A stretch of DNA of 64,000 bases, taken from NCBI GenBank assembly GCA_902577425.1, contig CACGZD010000001.1, forward strand, positions 638,414-702,413, read 5' to 3'. This stretch comes from an uncultured Alphaproteobacteria bacterium. GTDB lineage: Bacteria > Pseudomonadota > Alphaproteobacteria > HIMB59 > GCA-002718135. A program made the position numbers and the translations under genes. Below the pieces are notes generated by a model, which was not told the origin of the DNA, made no database searches, and saw only the letters and a program-made list of their open reading frames with translations. Shown here one piece after another: positions 46,534-56,594 of the stretch (position 1 is its first letter; the number at the start of each line of letters is the position of its first letter).

Positions 46534-47328
46534 ATGATTTATGATTTAGAGTTGTTCTATAAAAAATATCAAAAGAACGGTTTTGTGTTTCCAATCAAAG
46601 TTATTGATTTGGAAAATGCAACACAATGCAGAATAAAATTAGAAGATGTAGAGAAAAAAATTGGAACATTACATTATAAATCAAAAGTTCATACAATTCT
46701 TCCCTGGGTATATAAACTAGCTACTCATAATAATATTTTAGATCTAGTTGAAAAAATTCTTGGTCCCAATATACTTTTTCATAATGCAACTTTTATTATT
46801 AAGGAAGCCAACACTCCTTCACATGTCAGTTGGCACCAAGATTTAACATATTGGGGATTTAGTCATGATGATCAAGTATCTGTTTGGCTGGCTCTTTCAC
46901 CAGCTAATGAATTAAGCGGAGCTATGCAAATGATTCCAGAAAGTCATACATCTGGAATGATTGAACATATTACAACAAAAGATAAAAATAATGTTCTTTT
47001 ACAAGGACAAAAAGTTGTAGGAGTAAATGAAAAGAAAGCAACTCTTTGCCCACTTTTACCAGGAGAAGCTTCATTTCATCATGGATGGACGCTTCACAGA
47101 TCCAAACCAAATAGAAGTTCTGATCGTCGTATTGGTCTAAATTTTCAATATTTAGCAACTCATGTTAAACAAACTAAACACAATAATGATAGTGCAATAT
47201 GTGTTCGAGGTTTTGATCAGTATAATAATTTTAAAAAAGATCAACTTGCTACACAAGATCTAGATCCTATTGCTTTAGAAAAATTTATTATTTTAGATGA
47301 GCTATATAAAAATACAGCTGGAAGCTAA
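46534..47328 (+). CDS. Phytanoyl-CoA dioxygenase (PhyH) family Fe/2OG enzyme
   Basis: WHQDLTYWG, VWLAL, GAMQMIPESH, HHGWTLHRS and RRIG motifs. Confidence 0.9.
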   Translation: MIYDLELFYKKYQKNGFVFPIKVIDLENATQCRIKLEDVEKKIGTLHYKSKVHTILPWVYKLATHNNILDLVEKILGPNILFHNATFIIKEANTPSHVSWHQDLTYWGFSHDDQVSVWLALSPANELSGAMQMIPESHTSGMIEHITTKDKNNVLLQGQKVVGVNEKKATLCPLLPGEASFHHGWTLHRSKPNRSSDRRIGLNFQYLATHVKQTKHNNDSAICVRGFDQYNNFKKDQLATQDLDPIALEKFIILDELYKNTAGS

Positions 47329-47520
47329 ATTTTTTTCAATATTCTTTATGTGTGTTAAAATCTTTTTCTAAAATATTTATTTATTTTAGTATGATTTTCT
47401 TCTTTAATAATATTTAAATGAAAAAACTACAATCTAAAATTTACCAATAAAGATCTAAACACTATAAGTTTAAGTTTCAATATTTCCATATAAATTTTAA
47501 GAAAATATAAAGGAGTAAAA

Positions 47521-47814
47521 ATGATTTATGTAATAGTTAAGCTGCCATGTCATGAAAAGGGAGCTGCAAAATTTATTGATTGGGCTAAAAGTGAAGATGG
47601 ATTTTCTGTGACAAGAGCATACAAGGGATTTAAGCATATAGAACTTTTAGTTGATGAAAATAAAAAAACAATTTGGTTATATGAGCAATGGGATTCAAAA
47701 GAAGATCATCAAGCATATCTGAGTTTTAGAATGGATAATGGTTTTGAAGATTTTGTAAAAGAAATAGTGGAAGATGAATTTACACTTTCATATCTTATGA
47801 ATGTAGGTGTTTGA
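47521..47814 (+). CDS. Antibiotic biosynthesis monooxygenase (ABM)-like small protein
   Basis: TRAYKGF...LYEQWDSKEDHQAYL dimeric alpha/beta-barrel signature; AAGGAG RBS. Confidence 0.75.
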   Translation: MIYVIVKLPCHEKGAAKFIDWAKSEDGFSVTRAYKGFKHIELLVDENKKTIWLYEQWDSKEDHQAYLSFRMDNGFEDFVKEIVEDEFTLSYLMNVGV

Positions 47815-47832
47815 TTAAAGAAAGTAAATCTT

Positions 47833-48114
47833 ATGAAATTTTTAATAACTTTTAAAATAAAGCATGGTTTTAATAGATGGTTAAAATTGGTGGATGATCT
47901 GCAACCGTATATGGATAAATATAAATATACAATGATATTTGCGTGCACTAACAATGATGAAACTCAAGTTTGGGATATGGGTGAAGCTAATAATCCTGAC
48001 TTAGTAAATGAATTTTTGGGTGATCAAGAAGTGGTTAATATGAGAAAAGAAGCTGGAGTAGATTTAGAGAGTTCAGAGGTCATATCTACAATTAGTAAAC
48101 ATAAAATTTGGTGA
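47833..48114 (+). CDS. Small hypothetical protein (DUF3764-like)
   Basis: 93-aa ORF with coding-like composition and ferredoxin-like patterning; family guess from memory. Confidence 0.5.
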   Translation: MKFLITFKIKHGFNRWLKLVDDLQPYMDKYKYTMIFACTNNDETQVWDMGEANNPDLVNEFLGDQEVVNMRKEAGVDLESSEVISTISKHKIW

Positions 48115-48261
48115 TATCAAAAAAGAGATAGTTAAAGAATATATTTATTTTAAGCTTTATCATTTTTTAGCAATTAGCTTAGGTATTTATTGTGTGGTTG
48201 ATCTACCGCTAGATTTAAGACTTAACTTTTACCAATAGATGGTATTATAATGATCTGATAA

Positions 48262-48435
48262 ATGAGTAAAAAAGATAAAGATATACTAGATAAATTCTTT
48301 AATTTTTTAAAAAAGGAAGTATCTCCTCCAATCAAAAAAGATTTTACATGGTTGGGTCAGATAATAAACGAAGATTTAGAAAAGCTAACAAAAGAAAAAA
48401 AAGAATCAAAAAAAAGGAAAAACAAATCAAATTAA
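48262..48435 (+). CDS. Small lysine-rich hypothetical protein (57 aa), not in the ORF track
   Basis: ATG 48262 to TAA 48435 encodes MSKKDKDILDKFFNFLKKEV...; TATAAT lies at 48246-51 and the ORF fills the gap before mutT. Confidence 0.4.
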   Translation: MSKKDKDILDKFFNFLKKEVSPPIKKDFTWLGQIINEDLEKLTKEKKESKKRKNKSN

Positions 48436-48447
48436 CTTAAAATTAAT

Positions 48448-48825
48448 ATGAAATCAACTAATGTAGTTGCAGCAATTATTAAAAAAGATAACCAATATTT
48501 AATTGTTCAAAGAAATAAGAATAAACACTTGGGATTAAAATGGGAGTTCCCTGGCGGGAAAGTTGATGAAAATGAAAGTTTTGAAAGTGCTTTAAAAAGA
48601 GAAATTCAGGAAGAATTGAATATAGAAATAAATATTTACAAAAAAATTGCAGAAGAAGCATATGAAGATGAAAAAATAGATATTATTTTACATTATTACT
48701 TATGTTCACAAAAAAATGGAAATATTACACTTAATGAGCATGAAAGTTTAGCTTGGGTAGAAAAAAAAGATTTTGAAAAATATGATTTTGCTGAAGGTGA
48801 TGGTAATATACTTTCATTATTATGA
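48448..48825 (+). CDS. mutT: MutT-like NUDIX hydrolase (8-oxo-dGTP diphosphatase)
   Basis: WEFPGGKVDENESFESALKREIQEEL Nudix box. Confidence 0.82.
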   Translation: MKSTNVVAAIIKKDNQYLIVQRNKNKHLGLKWEFPGGKVDENESFESALKREIQEELNIEINIYKKIAEEAYEDEKIDIILHYYLCSQKNGNITLNEHESLAWVEKKDFEKYDFAEGDGNILSLL

Positions 48826-49397
48826 TAAAAAAATTTTTGTTTTTTAGGTTGTATTTTTTTATAATAATTCTATTTAGTTATTCATTTGCAATGGCTTACG
48901 AGGAACCTTCTTTTAAAATAGTTCATCAAACGGATAAATATGAAATTCGTCACTACAAAGAGAGATTAGCTGTTCAATCAACTTATACCAATCAAAATAG
49001 TAGTTTTCGAAATCTTTTTAATTATATTTCTGGGGCAAATAAAGAATCAATAAAAATAAAAATGACTACACCTGTTACACAACATGAGAACAATTCAGAA
49101 ATAGTAATGCAGTTCTATCTTCCTTCTATATTTACTACAAAAACAGCACCTATCCCTAGCGATCCTAGAGTTAAGCTTATAAATATAGAAGAAGGATATT
49201 ATGCTGTGATTAGATATTCTGGAAATGCAAGAAATAAAAATTTTGATAAACACGCTCAAATTCTAAGATCATCTCTTATAGAAGATAAAGTAGAAATTTT
49301 AGGTCCATCTATAAAGGCAATATATAATGGGCCTTTTACTCTACCAATAATGCGCCGCAATGAAGCTATGTTTAAAGTAGAATGGAAAAAATTGTAA
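48822..49397 (+). CDS. SOUL heme-binding family protein
   Basis: YEEP, YEIRHY, FRNLFNYISGAN, IKMTTPV, MQFYLP and P..RRNE motifs. Confidence 0.88.
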   Translation: MIKKFLFFRLYFFIIILFSYSFAMAYEEPSFKIVHQTDKYEIRHYKERLAVQSTYTNQNSSFRNLFNYISGANKESIKIKMTTPVTQHENNSEIVMQFYLPSIFTTKTAPIPSDPRVKLINIEEGYYAVIRYSGNARNKNFDKHAQILRSSLIEDKVEILGPSIKAIYNGPFTLPIMRRNEAMFKVEWKKL

Positions 49398-49418
49398 GTA
49401 AATTACTAATTACATAAA

Positions 49419-50168
49419 TTGAACAAAATTGATTTAAAATCATTAGCCAAGAGACAGTGGCAAGATTATCAACAAAATAATCCAGGTACTTTTTTTTCAA
49501 CAGAAAATAATACACTTAGTTTAGAAGAGGCATATAAAGTTCAAAAAGAATATACAAAAATCAGATGTAGCTTAGGTGATGAAATAGCAGGGTATAAAGT
49601 TGGGTGTACAGGCTCTAAAATTATTAAACAATTTGGAATAGCTGGACCTATATATGGTCGATTATTTAGAAATGAAATTTATTTTTCTGGAATTAAACTA
49701 AAAAAAAATAATTTTAAAAATCTAGCTGTTGAGGCTGAGATGGCAGTTGAGATTGGAAAAGATTTAAAAATAAAAAAAGCATTTCCAGTTATTGAACTTC
49801 ATAATTTTATTTTTAGATCTAAAAGAAAAACGCTTATGGAATTGATTGTTAATAATGCCTTAAATGCTGGCTTAGTTTTATCTGATAAAAAGATAGCAAA
49901 GCCAATTAATCAATGGGATAGTGCGAAGCACCTTATATTAAAAGTAAATGATAAAATCGTTGAATTTGGTAGTCCTTGGGCTATGAAAGGTGGTGCAAAT
50001 GAATCAGTTAAGTGGCTTCAAGCAAACTTAAATTTACATGGTTTATCAATAAAACAAAGTAATATTATTTTAACAGGAACCTCACTTTCATTATATCATG
50101 TAAATGTTGGTGATTTTATATCTGTTTTTGTAGATAAAGATGAATTAGTAAATTGCAAAATTGAATAA
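49419..50168 (+). CDS. 2-keto-4-pentenoate hydratase-like (FAH superfamily)
   Basis: LEEAYKVQ, GYKVG, PIYGRLF, VEAE and IILTGT motifs; TTG start. Confidence 0.78.
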   Translation: MNKIDLKSLAKRQWQDYQQNNPGTFFSTENNTLSLEEAYKVQKEYTKIRCSLGDEIAGYKVGCTGSKIIKQFGIAGPIYGRLFRNEIYFSGIKLKKNNFKNLAVEAEMAVEIGKDLKIKKAFPVIELHNFIFRSKRKTLMELIVNNALNAGLVLSDKKIAKPINQWDSAKHLILKVNDKIVEFGSPWAMKGGANESVKWLQANLNLHGLSIKQSNIILTGTSLSLYHVNVGDFISVFVDKDELVNCKIE

Positions 50169-50198
50169 TGTTTTTTTTTATAATAAGAGTAATTATTT

Positions 50199-51071
50199 AT
50201 GAGTAAAATTAAAGTTGGTTTTATCGGTGTAGGCTTAATGGGTTTGCCAATGGTAAAGAATATAGCAAAAAGTAATTATCCTTTAGCAATCTGGAATAGA
50301 TCTAAAAAAAATTTAAAAAAAATTAAAAATAAAAAAATTAACATTTGTAAAAATCTGATTGATATACCTTCTAAGTCTGAGGTGATTATAATGATGTTAT
50401 CTAATGACAAAGTTTGCTTAGATATTTCTAAACAGATAACCAAAAAAATAAAAAAAGGACAAATACTAATTGATATGAGCTCTACTAAGCAAAAAACAGC
50501 AATTGAGATTGAAAAAAAAGTTAAAAGAAAGGGAGGATATTTTCTAGATGCACCTGTTTCTGGTGGAACATTAGCTGCTAAAAGTGGACAATTAGCAATA
50601 ATGGTAGGCGGTCAAAAAAAAATATTTTCAAAAACTAAAAATTTATTAAAAAGTATGGGTGACCCAACATATTTAGGAAAAACAGGTTCTGGACAAATTG
50701 CAAAACTTGCAAATCAAACAATAGTAGGGATAACTATTGGAGCTGTTGCAGAGGCAATAATTATGGCTGAGGCTGCCGGTGTAGATGCAAAAGCTCTTAG
50801 ACAAGCTATAAAAAATGGATTTGCAGGAAGTAAAATTTTAGAAATTCATGGTCAAAGAATGATAAATAAAAATTTTCAGGCGGGTGGAAAATGTTCTACA
50901 CAATTAAAAGATATGAATAATATTATTGAAACAGCAAAAAATTATAATGTTAATTTACCGATATCAAAAACAATAAAAAAACTTTATGAACAAACAGTTG
51001 CAAAAGGTCACGCCGATTTGGATCATAGCGCGCTCTATTTATTATTAAAAAATTTAAAAAAAATTAAATAA
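50199..51071 (+). CDS. 3-hydroxyisobutyrate dehydrogenase / 2-hydroxy-3-oxopropionate reductase family
   Basis: GFIGVGLMG, DMSS, FLDAPVSGG, LAIMVGG and GSGQIAKLANQ motifs. Confidence 0.9.
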   Translation: MSKIKVGFIGVGLMGLPMVKNIAKSNYPLAIWNRSKKNLKKIKNKKINICKNLIDIPSKSEVIIMMLSNDKVCLDISKQITKKIKKGQILIDMSSTKQKTAIEIEKKVKRKGGYFLDAPVSGGTLAAKSGQLAIMVGGQKKIFSKTKNLLKSMGDPTYLGKTGSGQIAKLANQTIVGITIGAVAEAIIMAEAAGVDAKALRQAIKNGFAGSKILEIHGQRMINKNFQAGGKCSTQLKDMNNIIETAKNYNVNLPISKTIKKLYEQTVAKGHADLDHSALYLLLKNLKKIK

Positions 51072-51076
51072 CAAAA

Positions 51077-52369
51077 ATGTATCTTCATTCAAAATTACAA
51101 AATCATAAAGAAATGATTAATGTTGCATTAATTGGATGTGGAAAATTTATTTCAATGTTTTTATCTCAATATAATCAACTTAAAAAAATTAACATAGATT
51201 CAATTGTAGATATAGATATTGAAAAAGCAAAATTAAATTGCATCAATAGTGGCTTAAATAAAGAAACTATTAAAAAAATTAATTTTGTAAATTCTTTAGA
51301 TAACACTCTAGATAGAAATATTGAAATATACATAGAGGCCACTGGCAATCCTATTATAGGGACACAACATGCTTCAAAGGTAATTCAAGCAAACAAAAAT
51401 ATAATTATGGTTAATGTAGAAGCTGATGTTTTGTGTGGAAAATATTTATCAGATTTAGCAAATAAGCATAATATAAATTATTCTATGGCTTATGGTGATC
51501 AACCTTCTTTAATTTTAGAACAAATAGAATGGGCGAGATTAAATGGTTTCTTAGTAACTTGTGCAGGTAAAGGTACAAAATATCATTCTAGTTTTGAGTA
51601 CTCAACTCCTGATAATGTTTGGGATAACTATGGCTTGACTCAGAAAGAAGCAAAAGAAGCAGGCATGAATCCAAAAATGTTTAATTCTTTTGTGACAGGC
51701 GACAAAAGTTCAATCGAAATGGCTGCAGTTGCAAATGCATCGGGATTAAAATGTCCCAGTAATGGATTAACTTATCCTTCAGTAGGAGTTCTAGATATTG
51801 CAAATAAGTTAATTCCAAAAGATAAAGGAGGATTAATTGATTATGAAGGACAAGTAGAAGTAATTTCAAGTATTGATGAAAATAAAAAGCAAATACCTAA
51901 TGATTTAAGATGGGGTGTTTATATAGTTATTAAAGCTCAAAATAATTATACAAAAAAATGTTTTAAAGAATACGGAATGATTACTGATAAATCTGGAAAT
52001 TATTCATCTATATGGCGGCCTTATCACTATATTGGTTTAGAGCTAGCACAGTCTATATATTCAATTTCTTTAGATAAAAAATCAACAGGCGCAACAAAGT
52101 TTTTTAATGCAGAAGTAATTGCAGTTGCAAAAAAAAATTTAAATATTGGAGATATTCTTGATGGAGAAGGTGGTTTTGCTGCAAGAGGTAAATTAATTTC
52201 TTCTAAAGATAGCGTAGATAATAATTTTTTACCACTTGGTTTATCTGATGGAGCAACAATAAAAAAAGAAATTAAAAAAGATAACTTTATAAAAATTAGT
52301 GATGTTAATATTAATTGGAATCCTGAAGTATTAAAAGCAAGAAATTATCAGACTAATTTGATTAAATAA
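51077..52369 (+). CDS. NAD(P)-dependent oxidoreductase with a C-terminal SAF domain
   Basis: LIGCGKF, EATG, MVNVEAD, GDQP, AGKG, DKSSIEM, RPYH and AKKNL..GD.LDGEGG motifs. Confidence 0.82.
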   Translation: MYLHSKLQNHKEMINVALIGCGKFISMFLSQYNQLKKINIDSIVDIDIEKAKLNCINSGLNKETIKKINFVNSLDNTLDRNIEIYIEATGNPIIGTQHASKVIQANKNIIMVNVEADVLCGKYLSDLANKHNINYSMAYGDQPSLILEQIEWARLNGFLVTCAGKGTKYHSSFEYSTPDNVWDNYGLTQKEAKEAGMNPKMFNSFVTGDKSSIEMAAVANASGLKCPSNGLTYPSVGVLDIANKLIPKDKGGLIDYEGQVEVISSIDENKKQIPNDLRWGVYIVIKAQNNYTKKCFKEYGMITDKSGNYSSIWRPYHYIGLELAQSIYSISLDKKSTGATKFFNAEVIAVAKKNLNIGDILDGEGGFAARGKLISSKDSVDNNFLPLGLSDGATIKKEIKKDNFIKISDVNINWNPEVLKARNYQTNLIK

Positions 52370-52384
52370 AATTTTTAATTTAAA

Positions 52385-52807
52385 CTAAATTATTATAATA
52401 ATTAAAATTAAACTAATCAATATTGTAAGAGGCAATCTTAAAAAATAAAAAACTTTCTTATTTGTTAAATTTGCAAATATTAAAATAAAATCAAAAAATA
52501 ATTGTGAAATTAAAAGAATAATAGACAATAAAAATAATGTTTTAATATTATATGAATATAAATTTAGGATTATTATAATGAGAGAACAAACAGTTGGTAT
52601 AAAACCATAGATAATGAGATGATTTGGAACTTTTTTTTGAAGATCCCAGTTTATAGAACCAATAAAAACACAAATAATTAATGTATAATATAAAATAAAA
52701 CTAAGAAGAATTTCTTCTTTAATGTTTAAAAATAAATATTTATCAATTAATAAATAGATATATGGAATTAATCCAAGGTATGAAATTATATACTGCAAAT
52801 TTTTCAC
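52385..52807 (-). CDS. DUF3429-family membrane protein
   Basis: LGLIP, Y...I..FIGSINW and LR..LT motifs; four TM segments. Confidence 0.7.
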   Translation of the reverse strand: MKNLQYIISYLGLIPYIYLLIDKYLFLNIKEEILLSFILYYTLIICVFIGSINWDLQKKVPNHLIIYGFIPTVCSLIIIILNLYSYNIKTLFLLSIILLISQLFFDFILIFANLTNKKVFYFLRLPLTILISLILIIIII

Positions 52808-52820
52808 AATTTTTTTTATT

Positions 52821-54416
52821 TTAAATTACAGCTGTTAATAGTTCTTTTGTATAGTTACTTTTAGGCAAACTAAAAACATCCTCAGCAGAACCTTCTTCTA
52901 CAATTTTACCTTTTTTAAGTACAATTATATAATCAGATACTGAACGAATAACTCTAATATCATGACTTATGAATATATAGCTTAATTCATATTTTTTTTG
53001 TAATTTAATTAAAAGTTTAATAATTTGATTTTGTATACTCACATCTAGCGCTGAGGTTGGTTCATCTAATATTAAAAGTTTAGGTTTTAGAATTATTGCT
53101 CTTGCTATAGCTATTCTTTGTCTTTGTCCCCCAGAAAACTCATGAGGAAAGCGATTTCTAACATCATCATAATTTAATCCAACTTCATTTAATATATCTA
53201 TTATCATTTTCTGCTTTTCTTTAATTGGAACTTCTTTCATATGAATATCTAGACCCTCTTTTACTATTTCTTCTACTGTCATTCTTGGACTTAAAGAACT
53301 AAATGGATCTTGAAAAATAATTTGCATATCTTTTCTGATTTTAATGAGATCTTTGCTTTTTAATTTTGATATATCTAAATCATTAAATAGGATCTTACCC
53401 TTAAACGAAATTAATTTTAAAAGTGCCAGAATTAAAGAAGTTTTTCCTGATCCAGATTCTCCTACTATTCCTAATGTTTGGTTATAAAATAAGTCTATAT
53501 TTATTGAATTTACGGCCTTAACATAGTCTATAGTTCTTTTAAAAATTCCTTTTTTTATGGGATACCAAACTTTCATATCTTGAATTTTTAAAATAGTTTT
53601 CTTAGAAATTATTTTTTTTTCTTTATCTATATTTTTATTACCTATTAATTCTTTTGTATAAGCATGCTGAGGATTATTAAATATATTTGATTTCGTATTT
53701 TGCTCTATAATATTTCCATCTTTCATTATACAAATATAATCAGCAATGTTTTTTACTACTGCTAAATCATGACTTATAAATAAAATTGCCATTTCCAAAT
53801 TTTCTTGTAATTTTTTTAACAATCTCAAAATTTGTAGTTGAATAGTGACATCTAAAGCAGTTGTAGGTTCATCAGCAATTAATAAATCAGGGTTATTTGC
53901 AATACTCATTGCAATCATAACTCTCTGTCTTTGCCCCCCAGATAATTCATGGGAATATGATTTTAATCTATTAGATAAATTTTCTAGTCCAACACTTTTT
54001 AATAATTCTTTAGTTTTAGTAGAGGCTTCAGCATAGGATATTTTTGAATGAATCATTAATATTTCATTAATTTGTTTTTCAATTGTGTGTAGAGGATTTA
54101 AGCTCGACATAGGTTCTTGAAATATTGTAGAAATATTATTACCTCTAATATTTTGCATTTCTTTATTTGATATTTGGAGTAAATTTTTATTTTGATAAGT
54201 GATTTCACCAGATTCATGATAAGCTGAAGGATATGGTAATAATTTTAAAATACTTAAAGCTGTCACTGTTTTTCCAGATCCTGATTCACCAACTAAAGCA
54301 ACTGTTTTGCCTTTAGGGATATCAAAAGATATTGAATGAACAACATTATTCTTTTTATTATTTGTTTGAAAACCTACGCTTAAATTTTTAACTGAAATAA
54401 TATTTGTCATAATCAA
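52821..54416 (-). CDS. yejF: Peptide ABC transporter ATP-binding protein (double NBD)
   Basis: Two GESGSGK(T/S) and (L/F)SGGQRQR sets; follows yejE. Confidence 0.88.
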   Translation of the reverse strand: MIMTNIISVKNLSVGFQTNNKKNNVVHSISFDIPKGKTVALVGESGSGKTVTALSILKLLPYPSAYHESGEITYQNKNLLQISNKEMQNIRGNNISTIFQEPMSSLNPLHTIEKQINEILMIHSKISYAEASTKTKELLKSVGLENLSNRLKSYSHELSGGQRQRVMIAMSIANNPDLLIADEPTTALDVTIQLQILRLLKKLQENLEMAILFISHDLAVVKNIADYICIMKDGNIIEQNTKSNIFNNPQHAYTKELIGNKNIDKEKKIISKKTILKIQDMKVWYPIKKGIFKRTIDYVKAVNSINIDLFYNQTLGIVGESGSGKTSLILALLKLISFKGKILFNDLDISKLKSKDLIKIRKDMQIIFQDPFSSLSPRMTVEEIVKEGLDIHMKEVPIKEKQKMIIDILNEVGLNYDDVRNRFPHEFSGGQRQRIAIARAIILKPKLLILDEPTSALDVSIQNQIIKLLIKLQKKYELSYIFISHDIRVIRSVSDYIIVLKKGKIVEEGSAEDVFSLPKSNYTKELLTAVI

Positions 54417-55441
54417 CTAAATGTCTTTCTGGGATCTAAGGCATCTCTTATTGCTTCACCAACAAAGACTAAAAGACCAAGCATTAAGCCAAGAGTAAAA
54501 AAGCTGGTTAATCCAAGCCATGGAGCTTGTAAATTATTTCTTCCTTGATTGACCATTTCACCTAATGAAGCTGAGCCAGGTGGCAAACCAAAACCTAAAA
54601 AATCTAATCCAGATAACGCTGTGACTGAGGCACTAAGACTAAAAGGTAAAAAAGTGATAGTCGCAACAGTTGCATTTGGTAGCAAATGCCTTAACATAAT
54701 TGTATTATTTGAAACTCCTAAAGCTTTAGCTGCTCTTACATAATCCAAGTTTCTTGCACGCAGAAATTCTGCTCTAACTACACCAACATATCCCATCCAA
54801 CTAAAAAGAAGTAAAATTATTAAAAGCCACCAAAAATTTGGCTGCACTATACTTGCTAATATTATTAAAACATAAAGTGTAGGTATTGCAGACCAAATTT
54901 CCATAAATCTTTGAAAAAATAAATCTGTCTTCCCACCAAAATATCCTTGGACTGCTCCAGCAGAAACTCCAATAATCATTGAAAAAAAAGTAAGAGTAAA
55001 ACCAAATAATATTGAAATTCTAAATCCATAAATTAATCTTGCCAATACATCTCTAGCTTGATCATCTGTGCCAAGCCAATTTTTTTTTGATGGGGGTGCA
55101 GGAGCAGGAACTTCTAAATCTCTAATAATAGTATTATATGTATAAGGTATGATAGGCATCACTAACCAACCTTTATTTTCAATTAATTCTATTACATAAG
55201 GGTCTCTGTAATCAGCTTCTGTCTCAAAATCTCCTCCAAAATTTGTTTCTGGATATTCTACAAAAATTGGAAAATATAAATTATTATTATATTTAATTAT
55301 CAAAGGTTTATCATTTGCTATAAAATCTGCAAAAATTGATATAAAAAATAAAAAACTAAATATCCAAAAAGAATACCAACCTCTTTTATTTAATTTAAAA
55401 TTATTTAATCTTCTTCTATTAAGAGGAGAAATTTTCATCAA
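54413..55441 (-). CDS. yejE: Peptide ABC transporter permease
   Basis: NRRRLNNFK..KRG..S, LGTDDQARDV and VRAEFLRAR motifs. Confidence 0.9.
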   Translation of the reverse strand: MMKISPLNRRRLNNFKLNKRGWYSFWIFSFLFFISIFADFIANDKPLIIKYNNNLYFPIFVEYPETNFGGDFETEADYRDPYVIELIENKGWLVMPIIPYTYNTIIRDLEVPAPAPPSKKNWLGTDDQARDVLARLIYGFRISILFGFTLTFFSMIIGVSAGAVQGYFGGKTDLFFQRFMEIWSAIPTLYVLIILASIVQPNFWWLLIILLLFSWMGYVGVVRAEFLRARNLDYVRAAKALGVSNNTIMLRHLLPNATVATITFLPFSLSASVTALSGLDFLGFGLPPGSASLGEMVNQGRNNLQAPWLGLTSFFTLGLMLGLLVFVGEAIRDALDPRKTFS

Positions 55442-56544
55442 TATTCTCTTGTTTCAAAATCTATTCTAGGATCAATTATTGAATACATAATATCTCCAAG
55501 TATTCCCATGATTAAACCAAGAAGTGAAAAGAAATATAAAGTGGCAAATATAACAGGGTAATCTCTAGTTAAAGCTGCTTCATATCCCAGTAACCCTAAT
55601 CCATCCAATGAAAAAATAACTTCAATAAATAGAGAGCTGGAAAAAAGTATTCCTATAAAAGCAGATGGAAAACCTGCAATTACTATTAGCATAGCATTTC
55701 GAAATACATGTCCATATAATACTTTTCTTTCAGGCAAACCTTTAGCTCTAGCAGTCATCACATATTGTTGATTTATTTGATCAAGAAAAGAATTTTTAGT
55801 TAAAAAAGTTAAACCTGCAAAACCGCTGACTACCATAGCTAGCAACGGAAGAGTTAAATGCCAAAAATAATCTTTTATCTTTAATAAAAAACTAAGATCT
55901 TCAAAATTTTCAGAAACTAATCCTCGAAGAGGAAAAATATCATAATACCTACCACCTGCAAAAAATACAATTAGTATAACTGCAAATAAAAAATTTGGAA
56001 TGGCATAACCAATAGTAATAATTGTACTAGATGTTATATCAAATTGACTACCATCCTTTATTGCTTTTCTAATGCCTAGAGGTATAGAAATTAAATACAC
56101 AAGAAGAGTGGTCCATAGCCCTAAAGATATAGAAACTGGCATTTTATCTAAAACTAAATCTATAACCTTTTGATCTCTAAAAAAACTTTCACCAAAATCA
56201 AAAGTTAAATAATTTATTATCATTTCAAAAAAACGTTTGTGAGCAGGCTTATCCATCCCATACATTTTTTCAATTTCTTTAATTATGTCTGGATCAAGTC
56301 CCTGTGCACCTCTGTATTTTGAATCAAAAGTAGAAGATTCAGAATAATCAAATGAGTTAAGATTCTCACCTTCATCTGTCCCTGAAAATCTAGCAGTAGA
56401 TTCAACAGCTGTTCCAGTCATCTGAGCAATCATTTGTTCCACAGGTCCTCCAGGAACAATTTGAACAACGGCAAAATTAATTATCATAATTCCTAGAAGA
56501 GTAGGAATAACTAAAAGCAACCGTCTAAAGATGTATGCGGTCAT
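55438..56544 (-). CDS. yejB: Peptide ABC transporter permease
   Basis: PGGPVEQMIA, YRGAQGLDP, FDFGESFF and TARAKGL motifs. Confidence 0.9.
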   Translation of the reverse strand: MTAYIFRRLLLVIPTLLGIMIINFAVVQIVPGGPVEQMIAQMTGTAVESTARFSGTDEGENLNSFDYSESSTFDSKYRGAQGLDPDIIKEIEKMYGMDKPAHKRFFEMIINYLTFDFGESFFRDQKVIDLVLDKMPVSISLGLWTTLLVYLISIPLGIRKAIKDGSQFDITSSTIITIGYAIPNFLFAVILIVFFAGGRYYDIFPLRGLVSENFEDLSFLLKIKDYFWHLTLPLLAMVVSGFAGLTFLTKNSFLDQINQQYVMTARAKGLPERKVLYGHVFRNAMLIVIAGFPSAFIGILFSSSLFIEVIFSLDGLGLLGYEAALTRDYPVIFATLYFFSLLGLIMGILGDIMYSIIDPRIDFETREY

Positions 56545-56594
56545 AGATTTTAATTATATCATTTTTTATGATTAAAAGATGATTATTCTATTAA

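Noticed and set aside
17428-52384. Integrase, transposase or prophage genes in the island
   Set aside because: No ORF shows tyrosine (R-H-R-Y), serine or DDE recombinase motifs or phage structural features, and the intergenic gaps are too short to hide one.
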